In this document: positions 12,810 to 26,054 of the stretch, one piece after another | Layout of the letters: every line of letters starts with the position of its first letter | How positions within the stretch are numbered: position 1 is the stretch's first letter | DNA from: Squalus acanthias | Taxonomy: Eukaryota | Assembly: GCA_030390025.1 (NCBI GenBank) | Contig: CM059432.1 | Location: forward strand, 60,452,001-60,516,000 | Direction of reading: 5' to 3' | Length of the DNA: 64,000 bases | Made by a program: the position numbers and the translations under genes | The notes under the pieces: model-generated | Databases searched by the model: none | The model's input: only the letters and a program-made list of their open reading frames with translations | Told to the model about the DNA's origin: nothing

Positions 12810-14813
12810 ACTTTTGTGTCATTTTTTGTTTGCAAGTGCTTCTACGAGGTACAGCGCCTGTGGCTTCAGCAGAGGTAGTTGCAGGCTGCTCACTTCCCTG
12901 CTGCGACTGCATAGACACTTTTGGCGGACATACTCTGGGTTTTGGAGCCTGTGATGGCCCCGCCAAAGTCTGCTCCTCCTGCGACTGTGCAGAGGCAGGA
13001 ATATAGGAACATAGGAACAGTAGTAGGCCATTGAGCCCCTCGAGCCTGTTCCGCCATTCAATGAAATCATGGCTGATCTGTGACCTAACTCCATATACCC
13101 ACCTTTGGCCCATATACCTTAATACCTTTGGTTAACAAAAAGCTAAAAATTAACAAAATGCTTCCTCGGGATTTGAGAAAACATCTAGGGCTCTGACTGA
13201 GGGGGAGGCAATGGGGCAGAAGTGCGAGTGCTTTGAGAAGAGCCCCCACTTCCATGTCCCCTCTCACCATCATCCTTCTCATGGGCCACCCACACTTCCC
13301 TGCTAGCAAGGAGCTGGAGAGCAGCTTGCTGCACAGCAGTGGGGCGATGAAGGCCCAAGTCTACGTTTACATCCCTCCTTGAGAGGAGGTCTATGAGCGC
13401 CTGCCATCTGCTGTCCACAGCTAGCATGTGCTCATGTGAGTGGCGCATTTGTTGCTCCATGTAGGTGGCCATCCTTTCCAGGGAAGAGCACATCGTTGCC
13501 ATCGGCTGCGACATGGTGGTGCTCATGTTGGAAATGGACTCCTCCATTCTCTGAACATTTGCAGACATCATGGCTGCAAAAGATGCCAGAGCCTCATGCA
13601 ATTGTTGCTGTCCCTCCAAGATCACCCTCTTTCTCGATGACCCCCCCCCCCCCGAGGCTCAGCGTCTACATGCAGCTCAGCAAAGCTTGGAGCATCCTGC
13701 GCCCTCTGACAAGGAGTCTCCACTGCTGCCCCTGTCAACACCATCTGCTCTTGTTCACTTGTGAATTGTGAGACACCAGGTGACAACTCTACTCTATGGC
13801 GCAAAGGACCCACCGAGGTGTGCGTATCTGTGCTGGTGCTGTGTGTGCTTCGGTCTGCTGATGCTGCATCCTCAGAGGTTGGAGGTTCCTCTGAGGAGTC
13901 GTCTTCCTCCTCCGGCTGGACAGTGGGTTGGTGGGGGGGGCAGTTGATGGACCTGTGGGAGAGTAAAGAGATGAATTAGAAGTGTTATAATAACAATGGG
14001 TAACGTTACCATTATGCACACGATGACATTTCACTGGCTGCTGACATGAGTCACCATATGGGTGACTGTTGTATGCCATGTGGCTTTATGAGATGTGATT
14101 CTGTCACCAGGAAGTGTCCCTCTCTCCACCACCCACCTCCAGCGTCTCTCGAGCTCCTGAAATTTCCAGAGCCGCCTCCTCTGCTGCTGTGAGGTGTGCA
14201 ATCACTGAGGGCCACCTCCGGTTCCTCTCCCTCTCCCTGTTGTTGTGCGCTCTCTTCTCCTGCAAGGAAGGAAAGAAGAGAAGTTTGAGTGAGAGTGATG
14301 GAAGGACTGTAAGGAATGAATGGCTTACTTCTGCAGAGGGATGACTATGGGGCCAAATGGCCTGCTTCTGTGGTGTTACTTGTTATGATTGCATTAGGAT
14401 GAGGGCGAGTGTGAGGGATGGTTAGTCAGATGGAGATGTATGTACATAGAGAGGATGGATGGGTGTACATGCAAGGTATGTTGGTGTAAGGAATGAAGTG
14501 CAGGAGGAGGCTTGGGAAGGCAGAGTGATGGGGATGTGTTGACAGGCACTACAGGATGAGGGCGAGTGTGGCATTGCACTCACCTTTCCTGACCTCATGA
14601 GATCATTGAAGCGCTTCCTGCACTGTATCCATGTCCTCCTGACCACATCCCTGCTGCTGACCTCCTCAGCAATATCCAGCCTGGCTCTCTTTGTTGCTTG
14701 TGGAGGTCTCCTTTGCCTGTCAGCAGGGAAGAGGACCTCCCTGCGTGCTCTGACAGTCTCCACAAGATTATGCAAGGAAGAATCTGAGAACCGGGGTGCC
14801 TTGCGCTATCCAT
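12810..14813 (-). pseudogene. Harbinger Myb/SANT accessory gene remnant (spliced)
   Basis: RARREVLFP...RTWIQCRKRFNDL, then donor AG|GTGAGT at 14584. Downstream coiled-coil and AGPS motif. Small CR1 3' fragment at ~13000-13185. Confidence 0.75.
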
Positions 14814-15222
14814 GTTTCAAAAGTTTTAGTTCTCCTTTGGCCTTTCTTTCACACCTTTCACCCTCCTCTGGCAACCTTCAAGTGAGTTGAGTGCAAGGCT
14901 GCTTTAAATATGAGCACTGGAAAAGAGTTATCGATGATGTCATCAGACCCGCACCATTTAATAGGGCTGGGAAACACTCATGACTCTTTCAATTGGGGCC
15001 ATCAAGTGAAAGTCGCTCTGAGCAGCACGTTGCTGAAAACATCGCGTTTCGGACCCGCTACGCCGCCCGCCCGCACCCAACCTGACACAAAGGTGAAAAT
15101 TCCGGCCTATATTTCAAAAGTAATTAATTTGATTGTGAGCATTCTGGGATGTCCCGAGGAACTGAAAGTGCTATATTAACGCAGATTATTTTTTTAGACC
15201 ACAAGAGAGCTTATGAAATATA

Positions 15223-16115
15223 GGGGTAAAAATTAGGTTGCGGCCCATTTGGGGCGCAAATATCGTCTGGACGCAAATATTAGCGCCTGGCGCTAATTAT
15301 CGGCACTGACTGGAAACTTCACTTTTACCGCCCCGGGAGGTGAGTGGAGCGCTAAATCAGGCGCTGCACACCTGTCTTAAGGCGCAAAGGCCAAGGAGCG
15401 AGGCGCTAACTCAGAGCGCTGGCGAAGCTCATGTAATGTCAGTCAGCAATGGAACACACACACAATGGCACGGGCCAGTTCTTAAAGGGGATGGTTAATC
15501 TTGCTTTCCATTCACATCCTGTTCATTGCAGCCTTGAATCTCGGCCTGGAGAGACTTGCACATCAAATGTGCTGGAAAGAACAATGGAGAGTACCAGGCA
15601 AAGAGCTCAGAGTGCAGCTCCCACAGTCTCTGCTAAATCGATACAAGGAATGGCAAATCAAAATGAACCTGCAAAGTGCTGCTCAGTACCCAAAACTCCT
15701 TCACACAACGTTGAATCTCTCCAGAAGTCTCTCCCTCTCTCTCTCAGAATGCGTAGTTCAAAAATGCCACCAACAATAAAAGACAGGAAGAGGCCCCCTT
15801 TAAATAGCGCCCCCCCCAGCCCCACAGCAATTGATAGCGTTCCAGTCTTCTGGTCGTTGGATGCGCCAGGCGGTAAGGCAGGGGGCGCCACTCAATTTCC
15901 GCTCCGGGGCGCCACAAGGGCGTTGCACCATGGAATGACGTCACAATCTGCGCGCGCAGGTGGTCGCAGCGGTAAGTTTTAGCGCCGCCGCACAATGTCA
16001 AGTTAAGTTCCCGAGCGGCGCAAACATCGCTGCGCCCGGGCGTTAGCGGCTTTGTGCCCCATTAGCGCCCTCTTAAGGCGCTAACGGGAGGCGCAACCAA
16101 CTGAATTTTTACCCC
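15223..16115 (-). mobile_element. Non-autonomous Harbinger (893 bp), inverted near-identical twin of 9541-10433
   Basis: TIRs GGGGTAAAAATT / AATTTTTACCCC and TSD ATA. Confidence 0.9.
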
Positions 16116-16190
16116 ATAGCCTCCAATGCATTAAACAGTATTAGGCTCATTTCAGTATATTCAAAATGGTAGCAGGTTTATGTTAAATAC

Positions 16191-16411
16191 CTCTCTTTGA
16201 TTCGGTACAATATCATTAATGATGTTCCTTTCCAAATCCAGCTTTTCCTTCAGTTGATATTCAAGCTTCTTCATTAAGTTTATTTCTTCTAGTAGTCTCT
16301 GTTTCAGTACTTCTGCATCGGTAACTTGATTTTGTAGATTTTGTAAATGATTTGCTTTAGACTCAACATGCCACTGTAATTCATATATATCCTGTGAACA
16401 TACCTCGTACT
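16191..16411 (-). CDS. CCDC178: Next coding exon of the CCDC178-like gene (221 nt, phase 1 to phase 0)
   Basis: Acceptor TTTCTTACACAG and donor GAG|GTATTT. G+AG joins in frame with the previous exon, giving EYEVCSQDIYELQWHVESKANHLQNLQNQVTDAEVLKQRLLEEINLMKKLEYQLKEKLDLERNIINDIVPNQRE, like human EHEAYLSDVIELQWHLEDKANQLQ (from memory). Not in the ORF track. Confidence 0.85.
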
Positions 16412-16439
16412 CTGTGTAAGAAAAGGATAGACAATTTCA

Positions 16440-17200
16440 ACTAAAAACAGAAAATGCTGGTAATGTACAGTAAGTGGATTAGCTTCTGAGTTTAGAACAT
16501 TCGGGTTGAACCCTTAATCATAACCAACACATTCAAATGGAGAAGCCCATTTTATTGCATTGACAAGGGTAAGTCAGGACATGTCCAAGTTAAAAAAAAG
16601 GTGAATGGAGAACAAGTAGAAGTCAAAAATTCAAATCTCTTAACTACTTTTCACAAAGAGGCCGTTAATGGATTTAATAGCGTATTGAAAAAAATGCTGA
16701 TAACAGGTATAAAGTGCTTTAGATTCGGTGGGAAGATCATTTCAAATTGAGTTTAGATATTTATATAGAATTTAAAAGACAACGATGAAAAAGACAGAAA
16801 GAAGAGTCACACGGCTTCAAAATGGAAAAGAACCCAGCAGAATGTGAATGAACCTACTGATAAAATCCAACAGGATAGTAGGGGACACAGCTAATATCTG
16901 AAGTTGTTGAAATCAATATTCTTACCAGAGGGCTGTAGAGTGCCAGGATGAAGATGGTACACTATTCCTGAAGTCTGTATTGAACAGTAGTAGCCCAAAG
17001 ATGAAAGATTGAGAATGAGAGAGGCAGTGGAAGTGGACAGCAATAGGGAGATGGACAGAATAGAAGTATTCAACAAGGCAGTCATCCAATCTGTGCTTGG
17101 CTTTCCTACAAAAGAGGACACTACACCATTAGCAGTTAATGCGGCATCCTAGACTGGGGAGGTATACGTAAATCTCAATCTCATACCCAACAGTGGAGAG
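16440..17200 (-). mobile_element. Old, decayed Penelope-like fragment
   Basis: Patchy similarity to 36321-36980 (aaaacagaaaatgctgg; atctgaagttgttgaa...ggctgtagagtgcc). Confidence 0.45.
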
Positions 17201-17221
17201 AGAAACAAAGGCAGAGATATT

Positions 17222-20200
17222 GGGGGCCAAATTAGATAGCCCCCGAAAACAGGTGCGGGGATCGCAATGCACCCATTTGATGTAATGCAGGCAGCACGGC
17301 ATCTTCATGCTGCCTGGTTATTTACATGATTTCTGTGTGCAGCCAGCACTAACTGTGCTCTTGATTGGCTGCACGCATCAGCAGGGGGCACAAAATCGAT
17401 ACTTGTTGCACTATTTCAAGCTAGCTTGCACTGCTTAAAGCTAGCCTGCACTTCTTAAACGGGAGGTACATTGTGGCTGGAGCAGGTGCTGGGAGTCCTT
17501 TGTGAGCTGAATCTGACCTGGGAAAGACAGAAGAATGGCTGAACGTGGGAGATAGCTGAACCCAGATTTTCCGATGCTGCACTGGAGGTCTTGGTGGAAA
17601 AGGTGGAAAGGAGAAGAGACGTCCTGTATCTGCAGGAGGCCCTCCAGACACATGACGAAAAGGCAGTGGGAGCAGATAGCCACGGAGTGCAATGCCAGGA
17701 GTTTAGCCCCAAGGAACTGGATGCAGCACTGCAAGAAATTTAATGACCTCACATGAGTGGTCAAGGTCATGAATGCATCTTCAAATGCCATATCCTATCA
17801 ACTGCACCACTAGCCTCAGCCACTGCTCAAATCACCACACCCCCAGGGAGACAGAGGAAAGGGAAGCAAGGGTAGAAACACAAGACAGGAAGGAGAAAAG
17901 CAAAAGTGGAAGGCAGAGAAATCAAGCGTGTAAATCAAACATGGCCACAGTAAACAATAATTCTAAATGGTCTAAGAGTGTTAAAAAAACAAGCCTGAAG
18001 GCTCTATGTCTTAATGCGAGGAGCATTCGTAATAAGGTGGAAGAATTAGCTGCGCAAATAGATGTAAACGGATATGATATAATTGGGATTACGGAGACAT
18101 GGCTCCAGGGTGACCAAGGCTGGGAATTCAACATCCAGGGGTATTCAATATTCAGGAAGGACAGGCAAAAAGGAAAAGGAGGTGGGGTAGCATTGCTGGT
18201 TAAAGAGGAGATTAACACAATAGTAAGGAAGGATATTAGCTCTGATGATGTGGAATCTGTATGGGTAGAGCTGAGAAATACCATGGGGCAGAAAACGTTA
18301 GTGGGAGTTGTATACAGACCCCCAAACAGTAATGCTGAGGTTGGGGATGGCATTAAAAGGGAAATTAGAGATGCGTGCAATAAGGGCACAGTAGTTATCA
18401 TGGGTGACTTTAATCTACATATAGATTGGGCTAATCAAATTAGTAACAATACTGTGGAGGAGGAATTCCTAGAGTGTATACGGGATGGTTTCCTGGACCA
18501 ATATGTCGACGAACCAACTAGAGATCAAGCCATCTTAGACTGGGTATTATGTAATGAGAAAGGATTAATTAGCAATCTTGTTGTGCGAGGCCCCTTGAGG
18601 AGGAGCAATCATAATATGATAGAATTCTTCATTAAGATGGAGAGTGAAGTAGTTGACTCAGAGACTAGGGTCCTGAATTTAAATAAAGGAAACTATGATG
18701 GTATGAGGTGCGAGTTGGCTAGGATGGATTGGGGAATGTTACTTTAAGAGTTGACGGTGGATAGGCAATGGCAAACATTTAAGGATCGCATGGATGAACT
18801 ACAGAATTTGTTCATCCATGTTTGGCATAAACATAAAACAAAAAAGGTGACTCAACCGTGGCTAACAAGGGAAATTAGGGATAGCATAAGATCCAAGGAG
18901 AGGACATATAAATTGGCCAGAAAAAGCAGCAAACCTGAGGATTGGGAACAGTTTAGGATTCAGCAAAGGAGGACAAAGGGCTTAATTAAGAGGGGGAAAA
19001 TAGAGTATGAGAGTAAGCTTGCAGGGAACATAAAAACTGACTGTAAAAGCTTCCATAGATATGTGAAGAGAAAAAGATTGGTGAAGTCAAGCGTAGGTCC
19101 CTTGCAGTCAGAATCAGGGGAATTTATAATGGGGAACAAAGAAATGGCAGACCAATTAAGTACATACTTTGGTTCTGTCTTCACAAAGGAGGACACAAAT
19201 AACCTCCCAGAGATGTTGGGGAACATAGGGTCTAATGAGAGGGAGGAACTGAATGAAATCAGTATTTGTAGGGAAATGGTGTTAGGGAAATTGACGGGAT
19301 TGAAGGCCGATAAATCCCCAGGACCTGATAATCTACATCCTAGGGTACTTAAGGAAGTGGCCATAGAAATAGTAGATGCATTGCTGGTCATCTTCCAAAA
19401 TTCTATAGACTCTGGAACAGTTCCCATGGATTGGAGGGTAGCTAATGTAACCCCACTATTTAAAAAAGGTGGTAGAGAGAAAACGGGGAATTATAGACCG
19501 GTAAGCCTGACATCGGTAGTGGGAAAAATGCTTGAGTCCATTATAAAAGATGTAATAGCAGAGCACTTGGAAAACAGTGACAGGATCGGACAAAGTCAAC
19601 ATGCATTTACAAAAGGTAAATCATGCTTGACTAATCTACAGGAATTTTTTGAGGATGTAACTGGTAGAATAGATTAGGGAGAACCAGTGGATGTGGTGTA
19701 TTTGGACTTTCAGAAGGCTTTCGATAAGGTCCCGCATAAGAGATTAGCGTGCAAAGTTAAAGCACATGGGATTGGGGGTAAGGTACTGACTTGGATAGAA
19801 AACTGGTTGGCAGACAGGAAGTAAAGAGTTGGAAAAAACAGGTCTTTTTCCGAGTGGCAGGTAGTGACTAGTGGGGTACCACAGGGATCGGTGCTAGGAC
19901 CCCAGTTATTCACAATATATATTAATGTTCTGGACGAGGGAACTAGATGTAATATCTCCAAGTTTGCAGATGACACAAAGCTGGGTGGGCGAGTGTGCTG
20001 TGAGGAGGATGCAGAGAAACTCCAGTATGATTTGGACAGGTTGGGTGATTGGGCAGATGCATGGCAGATGCAGTATAATGTGGATAAATGCGAGGTTATC
20101 CACTTTGGTGGCAAAAACAGGAAGGCAGATTATTATCTGAACGCCAAAGATTGGGAAAAGGGGAAGTGCAACGAGACCTGGGTGTCCTTGTGCACCAGTC

Positions 20201-21295
20201 GCTGAAGGTAAGCATGCAGGTGCAGCAGGCGGTTAAGAAGGCAAATGGTATGTTGGCCTTCATAGCGAGAGGATTCGAGTACAGGAGCAAGGATGTCTTG
20301 CTGCAGTTGTACAGGGCCTTGGTGAGACCACACCTTGAGTATTGTGTGCAGTTTTGGTCGCCTTATCTGAGGAAGGATGTTCTTGCCATGGAGGGAGTGC
20401 AGCAAAGATTTACCAGACTGATACCTGGGATGGCAGGAATGACGTATGAAGAGAGATTGGGTCGATTAGGCTTATATTCGCTAGAGTTTAGAAGAATGAG
20501 AGGGGATCTCATTGAAACTTATAAAATTCTAACAGGACTAGACAGACTAGATGCAGGAAGGATGTTCCCGATGGCGGGGGAGTCCAGAACCAGGGGTCAC
20601 AGTCTAAAGATAAGGGGTAAGCCATTTAGGACTGAGATGAGGAGGAATTTCTTCACCCAGAGAGTGGTGAACCTGTGGAATTCTCTACCGCAGAAGACAG
20701 TTGAGTCTAATTCATTAAATACATTCAAGAAGGAGTTAGATATATTTCTTAAGGCTAAGGGGATCAAGGGATATTGGGAGAAAGCAGGGACAGGGTACTG
20801 AATTTGGATGATCAGCCATGATTACATTGAATGGCGGAGCAGGCTCGAGGGGCCGAGTGGCCTACTCCTGCTCCTATCTCATATGTTTTAACTCACCTAC
20901 CAACAATCACTGTCAATCAGGACTCATACCTAACATTCATAGCTTCACCCTCACACACTTAGCACTCCTGCAAGCCTCACACCCACATCTCACAGCTTGC
21001 ACACACTGCCAGCTATTCAACCATGACAGCCACATAACCATAACATATAGACATTCACTGATACACTTCCCTCTCTCTTGCAGGAGAAGGTGGCACATAA
21101 CCGAAGGCTGCAGTAACTAACCGGTGGGGGATGCATGCTCTAACCCCCGATGGAGGAGACGGTGCTGGCCATTATCAGAAGGGCCACTGCTGAGGCAGTG
21201 AAGAGGACGGTATCCTCGTACCTAATCCTCCTTCTCACATCCCACTTACCCGATATCCTACAATCTCTTCTGACTTACAAGCTGTAGAGGGTGTA
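17222..21295 (+). mobile_element. Harbinger remnant (Myb-side end) with a CR1 in the first Myb intron
   Basis: End similar to the reverse complement of 50080-50125. PRFSDAALEVLVEKVERRRDVLY...WMQHCKKFNDL at ~17534-17765. Exon-2 acceptor tctctcttgcag at ~21083. Confidence 0.7.
17845..20889 (+). mobile_element. CR1 LINE, near-complete ORF2 with stops and frameshifts
   Basis: ORFs 17773-18747 (APE), 18751-19677 and 19864-20801 (RT, FADD). CR1 3' UTR present. Confidence 0.92.
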
Positions 21296-21460
21296 AGCAT
21301 GCACCTCTTCTCCAAGCTCATCTTGTCCATGAGACCCACCTCCTGCTCCCGCGACTCTATTCCCACCAAACTACTGACCACCCAACTTCCCTTCCTGGCC
21401 CCCATGTTGGCTGATATTGTTAACAGTTCCCTCTCCTCAGGTACTCGCCCCCTTCTCTTC

Positions 21461-21747
21461 AACCAAGAGGCATGCTGTTCCGAGGTTGTTCCGAGGTTGT
21501 TCCGTGTTCTCAGCTAAAAAAAGCCAACCGATCCCAAAAAAGAGGCATGCTGTTCCGAGGTTGTTCCGTGTTCCGAGGTTGTCAGATAATACTAACTGAC
21601 AACCAAGAGGCATGCTGTTCCGAGGTTGTTCCGAGGTTGTTCCGTGTTCTCGGCTAAAAAAAAAAGCCAACCCATCCCAAAAAAGAGGCATGCTGTTTTG
21701 AGGTTGTTCCGTGTTCCGAGGTTGTCAGGTAATACTAACGAGGTTGT
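21461..21747. repeat. Higher-order tandem repeat (2 x ~140 bp, built from GTTCCGAGGTT units) inserted in L2
   Basis: Direct inspection. aagaggcatgctgtt occurs four times. Confidence 0.85.
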
Positions 21748-22882
21748 CTGCTGTCATCACCCCTCTCCTTAAAAAATACACCCTTGGCCCCTCTGTCCTT
21801 GCAAGCTACCATCCCATCTCCAACCTCTCTTTCCTCTCCAAAATCCTTTAATGTGTTGTCGCCTCCCAAATCCTTGCGCACCTTTCCCACAACTCCAGGT
21901 TTGAATCCCTACAATTAGTTTTCTGCCCCTGCCACAGTACTGAAATGGCCCTTAGCAAAGTCCCAAGGGACAACCTATGTGACTGTGACCGAGGTAAACT
22001 GTCCCTCCTCATCCTTCTTGACCTATCTGCAGCCTTTGACATGGCTGATCACACCAACCTTCTCCAATGCCTCTCCTCAATCCTCCAGCTGGGTGGGACT
22101 GCTCTCGCCTGGTTCCATTATTATCTATCCAGTTGTAGCCAGAGTATCACCTGCAATGGCTTCTCTTCCTGCTCTTGCACCGTTACTTCTGAGTCCCCCA
22201 AGGATCTATCCTTGGCCCCCTCCTATTTCTCATCTACATGCTGCCCCTCGGTGACATCATTCAAAAACACGTCGGGTTCCACATGTATGCTGACAACCAG
22301 CTCTACCTCACCACCCCCTCTACTGTATCTGATTTGTCACACTGCTTATCCGACATCCCGTATTGGATGAGTAGAAATTTCCTCCAACTAAATATTGGGA
22401 AGACCGAAGCTATTGTCTTCAGTCCCGCCACAAACTCTGCTCCCTAGCCACCAACTCCATCCCTCTCCCTGGTCACTGTCTGAGGCTGAACCAGACCGTT
22501 CGCAACCTTGGTATTGTATTTGACCCCAAGACGAACCTTTGACCACATATTCACTCCATGACCAAGATTGTCTACCTACACCTCCATTACATCGCCCGAC
22601 TCCACCCCTGCCTCAGATCATGTGCTACTGAAAACCTCATCCATGCTTTTGTTACCTCTAGACTTGACTATTCCAATGCTCTTCTGGCCGGCCTCCCAAC
22701 TTCCACCCTACATAAACTCTGCTGCCCGTATCCTAACTCCATCAAGTCCTGTAGACCCATCACACCTGTGCTCACTGACCTACCTTGGCTCCCGGTCTGG
22801 CAATGCCTCGATTTTAAAATTCTCATCCTTGTTTTCAAATCGCTCCTTGGCCTCACCCTTCCCTATCTCTGTAACCTCCTGT

Positions 22883-23170
22883 GTCAGCTGTGGCTCAGTT
22901 GGTGGCACCCTCGCCTCTGAGTCAGAAGTTTGTGGGTTCAAGTCCCACTCCAGAGACTTGAGCACAAAAATCTAGGCTGACACTCCAATGCAGTACTGAG
23001 GGAGTGCTGCACTGTCAGAGGTGGCATCTTTTGGATGAGACATTAAAGTGAGGCTCCGATTGCTCTCTCAGGCAGATGTAAAAGATCCCATGGCACTATA
23101 TCAAAGAAGAGCTGGGGAGTTATCCCCTGTGGTTGTTAAAAGCACGATATAAATGCAAGTCTTTCTTTCT
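22883..23170 (+). mobile_element. tRNA-derived DeuSINE (SacSINE1-like), internally deleted
   Basis: Box A tggctcagttgg, box B ggttcaagtcc, Deu-like core gagtgctgcactgtcagaggtgg...ggatgagacattaaa, and an L2-like tail. Confidence 0.75.
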
Positions 23171-24524
23171 TTTTTTCTATTCTCCAACCAAACAACCCTC
23201 CAAGACATCTGTGCTCCTCCAATTCTGGCCTCTTGTGCATCCTCGATTTTAATCGCTTCACCATTGGCGGCCGTGCCTTCAGCTGCCTAGGCCCTAAGCT
23301 CTGGAATTCCCTTCCTAAACCTTCCCGCTTCTCTACCTCTCTCTCTTCTCATTTAAGATGCTCCTTTAAACCTAATTGTTTGACCAAGCTATTGATCATC
23401 TGTCCCAATATCTCCTTATGTGGCTCAGTGTCAAGTTTTTTTGCTAACGCTCCTGTGAAGCACCTTGGGATGTTTTACTACATTAAGGGTGCTACATAAA
23501 TTCAAGTTCTTGTTGTTGCCGCTCCAGAAAGCAGAAAGTGAAGAGGAGGTGGAAGATGCATTTGGTGCTGGGATCATGTTTTAGATAGTGGATATGATAG
23601 TATGGCCGAATTAGTGTCTAAGATGGAAGGTGAAGACAACAGGGAATCTTATGAGCAAAATAAAGTGAGATCAGAAGCACAGAAAATGCATCAGACAGGA
23701 TTAAAACCTGTCTTGAACAATGTTCCCTCTAATTCTTTTTAAACGGGCTGCACGGGCTATTCAAAATTCAGCGCATGTCATTTTTTCTATTTCAAAGCTG
23801 GCTCACTGGCTGCAGAGGGACCTGGAGAGCGCTGTGTGGCCGTGCAGCTTAAAGGGAATGTTGGTCTTGACCATGAATAAGGAAAAAATCTCAGTGGAGA
23901 AAAAAGCCACTTCAGAAGCTCTGATGCACAAAGTGTAGTCATCAGATATGATAGAAATGGAAGAGTTTAGAAAAAGGGATGAAGTCTCTAGAAAGAAGGG
24001 TAGAAAGCTTCATAAGTCAAGTTGTGCTTTTTTAAAAACTTTTAATTCTCTTTATAAGTCCTTCATCTCTGTTGCCACTTAACAGTGCCAGCATGATTCG
24101 CTGTGTGTTATAATTAACTAATTGAATATTGAAAAACATGTTCAACTCGAAGCAATTATAAGAACATAAAAACAACATAAGACATAGGAGCAGCAGTAGG
24201 CCATTCGGCCCTTTGAGCCTGTTCCACCATTCAATAAGATCTTCTACCTGACCACTTTCCTGCACTATCTTCACATCCCTAGATTCCCTTAGTACCCAAA
24301 AATCTATCAATCTCTGCCTTGAATATACTCAATGACTGAGCTTCCACAGCTCTCTGGGGTAGAGAACGCCAAAGATTCACAACCCTTTGAGTGAAGAAAT
24401 TTCACTTCATCTCAGTCCTAAATGGCAAACCCCATATTCTGAGAGTGACCCCTGGTTCTAGACTCCCCAGCCAGGGGAAACATCCTCCCTGCAGTTACCC
24501 TGTCAAGCCCTTTAAGAATGTTAT

Positions 24525-25269
24525 GGCCCAAAAATTAGTGCCGCTACACGAGAGTACGCACTGTGTACTCTCGCGTATTCTGTCTCCAATTGCCAGTTTT
24601 CTGCATGCACTGCGCATGCGCTGAAAACCGGCACTTGGTGATTTCAAATGGGGGCGGTTCCTCGGTGAACCGCGTGCGCGTGACAGGCTGCGCGCACGCA
24701 GTGCACTTAGTGCTTTGAACGCGCAGGTAAGCATGGAACATTTTACACATAAAGAAAGGAGGCGTAAGACCCTCTTTTAACAAGGTAAGTAGTTAATTAA
24801 GTATTATTTTGAATTTTTTTCAACAGGTATATCTTTTTTAGAGACTTTAAAAAAAGGTAAGTTGATTTTTATAACTTTTTAAAAGATTTTAAATTTTTTC
24901 AAAAATTTAATTTTTTGTTTAAAGTGGTTAATTTATTTAACTATACTTATTTTATTAATGTGATGGGGGTTTTTTTTAAATTTAATTGAGGTTTAGCTGT
25001 TCTTTTGGGGGGGTATAGTATTCATAGCTTTCACAGCCGTGCTGTGAAAGCTATGAATGAAAGATGGTGTGATGCCATTGGCTCTAACTGAGTCACGTGA
25101 TCCCACAGCTCGCATGAATTAACTGCGCCTGTGGGATACGAAAGCCCTGCACAGCTGCTGTCCAGAACATCAAGTTCGTGCGAGCTGGGAATAAAAAAGC
25201 CAGCGCGCAGTGAGAGATCGCGGGGAAGCCTTACCCTCGCACAAAGGCTCACTCACTAATTTTTGGGCC
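24525..25269 (+). mobile_element. Harbinger-type MITE (745 bp), second family
   Basis: Perfect 16-bp TIR GGCCCAAAAATTAGTG, TSD TAT, AT-rich core. Confidence 0.88.
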
Positions 25270-26054
25270 TATATGTTTCAATGAGATCACCTCTCATTCT
25301 TCTAAACTCTAGGGAATATAGGCCATGTCTACTCAATCTCTCCTCACAGGACAATACCCTCATCCTAAGAATCAGTTTAGTGAACTTGGGTTGAACTACC
25401 TCTAAGGCAAGCATATCCTTCCTTAGGTAAGGAGACTAAAACTGTACACAGTATGCCTGGTGTGGTCTCACTAAGGCCCTATATAATTGTAGTAAGACTT
25501 TACTCTTATACTCCAATCTCTTTGTAATAAAGGCTAACATATCATTTGTTTTCCTAATTGCTTGCTGTACCTGCATGTTAACTTTCTGTGATTCATGTAC
25601 AAGGACACCCAAGGTCCCTCTGAATACCAACACTTTCCAATCTCTCACCATTTAAAAAATATTCTGCTTTTCTATTTTTCCTACCGAAGTGGATAACCTC
25701 ACACTTCTCCATATTATACTCCATCTGCCGGATACTTGCCCACTCACTTAACCTGTCTATATCCCTTTGCAGCCTCTTTACGTCCTCTTCACAGCTTACT
25801 TTCCCACCTAACTTTGTATCGTCAGCAAACTTGGATACATTACACTCGGTATGCTCATTTAGGTCATGGATATAGATTGTGAATAGCTGAGGCTTAAGCA
25901 CTGATCCTTGCGGTACCCCACTAGTTACAGCCTGCCAACCCGAAAATGACCTGTTTATTCCTACTCTCTGTTTTCTGTCTGTTAACCAATCCTCAATCCA
26001 TGCCAATATATTAACTATACAAAAGCAAAATACTATATTAGTTAAATAAAAGAG

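Larger units (their letters stand above)
5296..15107. mobile_element. Harbinger transposon inflated by nested CR1s and a MITE
   Basis: TIRs GGCTGGAATTTTC / GAAAATTCCGGCC and TSD TAT. Contains transposase and Myb remnants. Confidence 0.85.
21300..23518 (+). mobile_element. L2 LINE RT and 3' end (decayed)
   Basis: LLILLDLSAAFD, HMYAD, LIHAFVTSRLDYSN, GGRAFS and the L2 tail. Confidence 0.85.

Noticed and set aside
15449..15982. 177-aa ORF repeated at 9674-10207 as a novel conserved gene
   Set aside because: It lies wholly in the MITE and crosses the deletion junction. Identity reflects recent duplication, and the frame is shorter in the 44086 copy.
21461..21747. CRISPR-like array
   Set aside because: The spacers repeat rather than being unique, the context is eukaryotic, and there are no cas genes.
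22885..22960. tRNA gene
   Set aside because: The A/B boxes run into a SINE core and tail, and I could not fold a convincing cloverleaf.
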